From positions 1 to 64,000 of the forward strand of contig JAAILG010000139.1 in the NCBI GenBank assembly GCA_012026655.1: a stretch of 64,000 nt of DNA, written 5' to 3'. The number at the start of each line of letters is the position of its first letter. The first letter of the stretch is position 1. Source of the DNA: Hydrolagus affinis. Taxonomy: Eukaryota. The position numbers were made by a program, and so were the translations under genes. Under the pieces are notes generated by a model. The model saw nothing but the letters and a program-made list of their open reading frames with translations. It was not told the DNA's origin and ran no database searches. Below are positions 61,296 to 64,000 of the stretch, one piece after another.

Positions 61296-61719
61296 GCACC
61301 AACACATTACCAAACTCGAAAAGTTGTATGCATTGGCATCCAAATAATTTTTTTCTGCACATATAAACTGTTTTTCGAAAGAAACATATTGCTAGATTCA
61401 TCGCTGAATATTTTGTCTTGTTAATTTTGTGGTGTTTGGACTCTCACTGTTCTTTTCTTTAATCCATCTTTTTATGTGGTAATTGCCAGTGTCTTTGATT
61501 GCCCTTCACAGTAGGTACGGCCTTTTGATTCCTGTGCCAAAAATAGATGTATGTTTCCATCTTACATTTTGCTTCAAAGGAATATATGGTCTCTGGATAT
61601 TTACACTGGAAATATATGCTATGAGACCACTCAACAACGTAATAAACCACTATTCCAAATTATCGTGTGATAAAAAGAGGATGGGGAATACAGAAGGGGG
61701 TGTAAAATGTGATATAATT

Positions 61720-62122
61720 ATTCACACAAAATTGTGCCTTTTGCGTCAGGAGGAAGTCCCAAAGTGCTTCACAGGATAAACTGTAAAGTGGAGTGAATGT
61801 GTGTTTTGTGGGCAGCCAATTAGCGCACCTCAATGTCCCATAAAATGAATGACCAATTTTATTTGGGGAATTCCTGGCATGGAGAAATTCCCTTTTCTTT
61901 TCAAATACAGCCATGGGATCTTTAACATCTACCTGAACCAGGCAGTTGGGGCCTTAGTTTAAAGTCTCATCTGAAAGATGGCGTCTGCAATGATGCAATC
62001 CACTCCAGCATTGCATTGAAATGTCAGCCTGGACTATATGAGTTCCAAGTCCCAATGTTAGTCTTGAACTCACAATGTTCTGACTCAGAGGTGAGAGTGC
62101 TACCAACTGAGCCAGATTGACA
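61720..62122 (-). mobile_element. Near full-length DeuSINE/SacSINE1-like element
   Basis: Revcomp head gtgtcaatctggctcagttggtagcactctcacctctgagtcaga..gagttcaag; Deu-like core (gccatgggatctttaacatc, tttaaagtctcatctgaaagatggc); L2-type tail. Confidence 0.85.
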
Positions 62123-63917
62123 CACAATTAACACAAATAACAATTAACGCAATTAATTCATCAGCAGTATTCACAGTACATATTCACAGTATTTACTCAG
62201 ATAAAAGGTGCTTGACAAAGCTATTTATGATTAACTATTCATCTGTCAGAAGAGACATTATTGAAATATCTCGTTTCAGTTCCTTATATTTGGGATTTAA
62301 GCAATCCTGTTAAAATTCATGTTTAGTTTGCCTACAAATACACTACATATCCCAGTAAACATGTTGTGAAGCGCTTTGCAATCTCTCGACTATTCCATAT
62401 GGTGCTGTATCAAGCGCAAGAATTATTATTATTATTATTATTATGTATTGGCATCAAAAATAGGCATGAAAGCTGTTTTCTCACCCTGTGAAAGAAAATT
62501 CTTGAAAGAGTTGCTGCCAACTTCATAATGGATGAATGGTTTGGAAAAGTAAAAGATTTTGAAAGTTAAAAGCAAACGTTAGAAGTCAGAGAATGAAGGA
62601 AGAATTGAGCGGGGAACAAACAAAAAAGTTTTTTTTTTTTAAAAAATGCGTCCTGATGGGAATAGGCTCCAGGTTTGATCATAGAAATCTTTGACGACAC
62701 AGGCAGCATTCTTTGGCGGAGTATTTTGTTCTTTATATGACGGTCAAATCACCGACTGGCCATAGCATCACTTGTCAAACATTGCCTCCATCCTGGGATG
62801 AAGTAATTCTGCTGCAGGGACTACATATGTGACTGATCCACAGTTCAAAAAAAAGTGCAGCATCAGACATTGGATCATTTCATTTGTGACCGTGGCTCGT
62901 GCAGTGGTTTCAAAACCATTGCAGTCACTCACCATTTCAGCACTCAAGCAACAAATGGAGCCCTCTTGGAATTCGCTTACTTTTCACACACAATGGGCCT
63001 GCTTGGAATGTGATTGATACCTCCAGCAAGAGGAAGAGACTGCCTATAAATCAGCAATGTGCTGATGCATTGAACGAAGATCATAGGGCTCTCCTGGTTG
63101 AAGGAAAGGCACTCCTCTGAGTTTACAGATTGCACATTTTGCGTTTCCCTCGGTAGATGGACTTCGAACAGTTCTGTGCAAAGCAATTCCTGTCTTCCGG
63201 TTGCTTTTCTAAGCGAGACATTGCAGGTAAACCACACAAAATACACAATCAATTTACATTGCAGTATATTCCTGTGAAGCGCTTTCAGACGTCTCGATAA
63301 TGTGATAAGGCACTATATCAAACACAAGGATTATTATTAATATTTACTCTATGTGTGTAGATGTAGATACATAAACCACTTAAATTAGTTTCCGCTTTGC
63401 ACTGAGATGATTTCCCTTGTTTATTTTGGTACCGCATTCATTATCTAGAAAGGCTGCAGAACAGGACAGAGGGGAACAGAACAATTACTATTTTGCCTGT
63501 TCACATAATTTCGAAACTCCCATCTCTCCTTGACATTTTCTGGATAGGGAAATGCATTGGGGCTACTCCTAAAGTTTAACCAACGAACCGGGTTTGAACA
63601 AATGACTTGTAGTGGGTGATTAACATTTAAAATCAATGCTTATTGGTGGCAGATGGTCCTTCATATGAATGACGGAAATTAGCATCTTGTATCGGGTTTC
63701 ATCTGACATCTCTGAAAAATGTTATTCAGTGTCAGTCTCAGAAAATGTGTACATCTAGGCAATTTGTTTATGCGTCGCAGCAAACAATTTGAAAAGCCAT
63801 GTGAAGGACGATTGCATTTCGGCTAATATTCCCTGGAGGATGATGATTTTAGTCGGCTGGCGAGTAACTCGGTAACCCGATTCAAAATAGTCGCGAAGAC
63901 AAACAGAGCAGAGGTGA

Positions 63918-64000
63918 GGAGGAGAAATGTTTTCACACAATGAGTTGTTTGGATCTGGAATGCATTGCCTGAAAGGGTGGTGGAAGCCAATTCGATCACA
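63918..64000 (+). mobile_element. CR1 fragment running off the window end
   Basis: aggagaaatgttttcacacaatgagttgtttggatctggaatgcattgcctgaaagggtggtggaagc. Confidence 0.8.

Noticed and set aside
1-64000. CRISPR array, operon or other prokaryotic/viral system
   Set aside because: There are no regularly spaced repeat-spacer units and no dense coding structure; the repeats are irregularly dispersed vertebrate retroposons.

Overview
Eukaryotic genomic DNA, not prokaryotic. The repeat content (Deu-type tRNA-SINEs, CR1 and L2 LINE remnants, Penelope-type short repeats) suggests a cartilaginous fish, possibly a holocephalan; this is inference. Nearly the whole window lies within one + strand gene of the TAFA/FAM19A neurokine family, closest to TAFA5 (FAM19A5). 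Three coding exons can be read directly: 386-479, 38217-38366 and 53264-53391. They have canonical GT-AG sites and compatible phases and give 124 codons. The tiny last exon (V-S-stop in mammals) was not found and probably lies beyond the window. The introns are filled with retroposon debris: a young tRNA-headed SINE family in long and short forms, older DeuSINE/SacSINE1-like copies, and 5'-truncated L2 and CR1 ends, often nested. Almost all ORFs in the supplied track are spurious translations of these repeats. The most notable details are: (i) a 160-bp Penelope-type insertion with a perfect 14-bp target-site duplication (TSD), a 22-bp inverted repeat and a minimal hammerhead-ribozyme core, plus a second antisense copy with an intact helix II; (ii) an intact 879-bp hAT/Charlie non-autonomous transposon with an 8-bp TTCTAGAG TSD; (iii) recurrent ~65-70-bp L2 insertions that start exactly at the base of the 3' stem-loop, a hairpin that co-varies between the LINE and the SINE; (iv) an exon-3 sequence divergent enough to suggest a TAFA5-like paralog. 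No new multi-gene system is supported. Repeat boundaries were read by eye and are approximate unless TSDs are given.
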